Below are positions 61,168-64,000 of a DNA stretch of 64,000 nt, piece by piece. The notes below the pieces were generated by a model. That model was not told where the DNA came from, searched no databases, and was given only the letters and a program-made list of their open reading frames with translations. The translations under genes and the position numbers were made by a program. Each line of letters begins with the position of its first letter. The first letter of the stretch is position 1. Origin of the DNA: Macrostomum lignano (Eukaryota); assembly GCA_002269645.1 (NCBI GenBank), contig NIVC01000178.1, forward strand, positions 1-64,000. The letters are read 5' to 3'.

Positions 61168-63495
61168 ATGCTGTTTAACTCAGGCAGTCTACAGCATCCT
61201 CTCGTGTGCCTCGCCATCATTCTCGCCCTCCCGATCGGCAGCCCTTGCTCAGCCATGCTGTACACAGCCGGAGTCAACCACACCGAGATGACAAAGAACA
61301 TCACCGAGACGCTCAACAGACTGCTGGACAACTACGACAAGAACCTCAGGCCCGACTTTGACGCGCAGCCGGTTACTGTGCGCATCAACATGAACATCAG
61401 GAGCGTCGGTCCCATCTCTGAGAAGTCCATGATATTCTCATTCGACTGCTACTTCAGGCAGGAGTGGATGGACGCCAGGCTCACCTTTCCAACTCATCAC
61501 AACTTTTCGCACCTGCAGCTTAACGAGAAAATGCTCAGAGACATCTGGAAGCCGGACACGTACTTTGTGAACGGCATGGGCTCGTACTTGCACAACATCA
61601 CGTCTCCGAATGTACTCTTCAGGATTAACAGCACCGGGCACATTCTCTACTCAATGAGACTCACCATCAAGGCCAATTGTCCCATGAATCTGCTCAAGTT
61701 CCCCATGGACACCCAGGTGTGTCCGTTGGTGGTAAGCAGTCACGGCTACACAGAGGCAGATGTGGTGTACGAGTGGAGTAAAGGCGATGAGTCGATTCAG
61801 CTGAACAAAGACCTGCTGCTGTCCCAGTTCGACTTGCGCAGTGAGTCAGCTGTACTGTGCTTGGGTCTTTGTGACAAAGTTTGTTTTGAGTCCTTTCGAG
61901 ACAGTCGGAGTCGATGGGGTTATTGGGTGGCTTCTCTGCTTGAGTTGCTTCCGTGTCTTTGAGTTGATGGTGTGGCTTCTCTGCTTGAGTTGCTTCCGTG
62001 TCTTTGAGTTGATGGTGTGGCTTCTCTGCTTGAGTTGCTTCAGTGTCTTTGAGTTGATGGTGTGGCTTCTCTGCTTGAGTTGCTTCCGTGTCTTTGAGTT
62101 GATGGTGTGGCTTCGCTGCTTGAGTTGCTTCCGTGTCTTTGAGTTGATGGTGTGGCTTCTCTGCTTGAGTTGCTTCCGTGTCTTTGAGTTGATGGTGTGG
62201 CTTCTCTGCTTGAGTTGCTTCCGTGTCTTTGAGTTGATGGTGTGGCTTCTCTGCTTGAGTTGCTTCAGTGTCTTTGAGTTGATGGTGTGGCTTCTCTGCT
62301 TGAGTTGCTTCCGTGTCTTTGAGTTGATGGTGTGGCTTCTCTGCTTGAGTTGCTTCCGTGTCTTTGAGTTGATGGTGTGGCTTCTCTGCTTGAGTTGCTT
62401 CCGTGTCTTTGAGTTGATGGTGTGGCTTCTCTGCTTGAGTTGCTTCCGTGTCTTTGAGTTGATGGTGTGGCTTCTCTGCTTGAGTTGCTTCCGTGTCTTT
62501 GAGTTGATGGTGTGGCTTCTCTGCTTGAGTTGCTTCCGTGTCTTTGAGTTGATGGTGTGGCTTCTCTGCTTGAGTTGCTTCCGTGTCTTTGAGTTGATGG
62601 TGTGGCTTCTCTGCTTGAGTTGCTTCCGTGTCTTTGAGTTGATGGTGTGGCTTCTCTGCTTGAGTTGCTTCCGTGTGTTTGAGTTGATGGTGTGGCTTCT
62701 CTGCTTGAGTTGCTTCCGTGTCTTTGAGTTGATGGTGTGGCTTCTCTGCTTGAGTTGCTTCCGTGTCTTTGAGTTGATGGTGTGGCTTCTCTGCTTGAGT
62801 TGCTTCCGTGTCTTTGAGTTGATGGTGTGGCTTCTCTGTCTCTGCTTGAGTTGCTTCCGTGTCTTTGAGTTGATGGTGTGGCTTCTCTGCTTGAGTTGCT
62901 TCCGTGTCTTTGAGTTGATGGTGTGGCTTCTCTGCTTGAGTTGCTTCCGTGTCTTTGAGTTGATGGTGTGGCTTCTCTGCTGGAGATGCTTCCGTGTCTT
63001 TGAGTTGATGGTGTGGCTTCTCTGCTTGAGTTGCTTCCGTGTCTTTGAGTTGATGGTGTGGCTTCTCTGCTTGAGTTGCTTCCGTGTCTTTGAGTTGATG
63101 GTGTGGCTTCTCTGCTGGAGTTGCTTCCGTGTCTTTGAGTTGATGGTGTGGCTTCTCTGCTTGAGTTGCTTCCGTGTCTTTGAGTTGATGGTGTGGCTTC
63201 TCTGCTGGAGTTGCTTCCGTGTCTTTGAGTTGATGGTGTGGCTTCTCTGCTTGAGTTGCTTCCGTGGGTTTGAGTTGATGGTGTGGCTTCTCTGCTTGAG
63301 TTGCGAATCAGAATTCTGTCTCCCAGTTAATCAGAGCAGTTAGCGATGATGGTTTGTCACAAGTTCCGCTTATCAACCGGGCCAACAGGAATTCCCATCA
63401 GCCGTGACACGCTTCGAATGGGCAGACGAGGCTCCTTCTCGGCGTTGATGTGTCACTTCGAGTTTGAACGGCACATGGGGTATTTTCTACTGCAG
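61168..63495 (+). CDS. GABA-A alpha/GRD-like Cys-loop receptor subunit, 5' part (continues past the window)
   Basis: Model join(61168..61840,63389..63495): donor A|GTGAGT, acceptor CCAACAG|GA, donor CAG|GTGAGT. Motifs LLDNYDKNLRP, DCYFRQEW, IWKPDTYF, YSMRLTIKANCPMNLLKFPMDTQVCPL, FSALMCHFEFERHMGYFLLQ. Confidence 0.92.
61927..63303. repeat. 45-bp minisatellite, ~30 copies (intron 1 of the GABA-A-like gene)
   Basis: Unit GATGGTGTGGCTTCTCTGCTTGAGTTGCTTCCGTGTCTTTGAGTT. Confidence 0.97.
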
Positions 63496-64000
63496 GTGAG
63501 TAGTTGATGAAAATGAGTGGAAGTCTGGTGACAGCTCAGACTCAAGGTGCAACGAACAAAACGCACATAAAACTCATGTACTCAGCGGTGCTTTCGGCAA
63601 GCTAAAGGTTCCCAAAGCCTGCAGAGTTTGACGATGCATTGGATCGCTAAAGTGGCCGTGAGCCGAGATACAACTTGCGCGAAATTTATCAGGAATATTG
63701 GAATAGGCGCTCCCAAACTCTACTATCGTCCACTTGAATATTACCGGGTAAATCTCGTTTCTTGGAATCTCATTTCGTTGCCAGTTTTGGATTGGAAAAC
63801 CGACAAACTGCACGCGCGCGGCGAGACAGCTTAATCCAGTGAATTTTATTCCATCTAGTTAAAATTCAGACTCCTAGATCCCTGCTTCATTCTCCTGTTG
63901 AAATGAAATGAGAGCCACATGGCGTCCAGCATGCAGCAGGAGAAATCTTTCCTGTCAGCGACCCAGATTAGCACCGAATCCCTCTTCTTTTCCAGCTGCC

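Noticed and set aside
61841-63343. 500-aa hydrophobic Cys-repeat ORF
   Set aside because: 45-bp intronic array; the receptor exons splice around it with matching phase.

Overview
Eukaryotic (animal) genomic DNA with GT-AG spliced genes, GC-rich exons and introns packed with minisatellites. This style is consistent with a free-living flatworm such as Macrostomum, which is an inference and not provable here. I rebuilt gene models by hand from splice sites and reading phase. They are: a ~1380-aa Toll-like receptor with two LRR blocks and two tandem TIR-like domains (minus, 2967-7858); a 10-exon ERCC6/CSB Snf2 ATPase (minus, 10219-23850) whose start codon region is amplified as a 54-bp array; a secreted fibrinogen-domain gene (minus) whose only intron holds a Crypton-like tyrosine-recombinase element inserted in a 31-bp minisatellite; an uncharacterised 4-exon gene (plus); a partial ARM/HEAT-like gene (minus); and two Cys-loop receptor subunit genes (plus, the second running out of the window). 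Non-autonomous DNA transposons (hAT-like MITE, CMC/EnSpm-like, possible Helentron-type) and SINE-like repeats are also present. Most long ORFs in the supplied track are artefacts of tandem repeats. The strongest leads are the recombinase element and its target, the ERCC6 start-codon array, the twin-TIR receptor, and minisatellite units that are themselves GT...AG or branch-point/acceptor cassettes.
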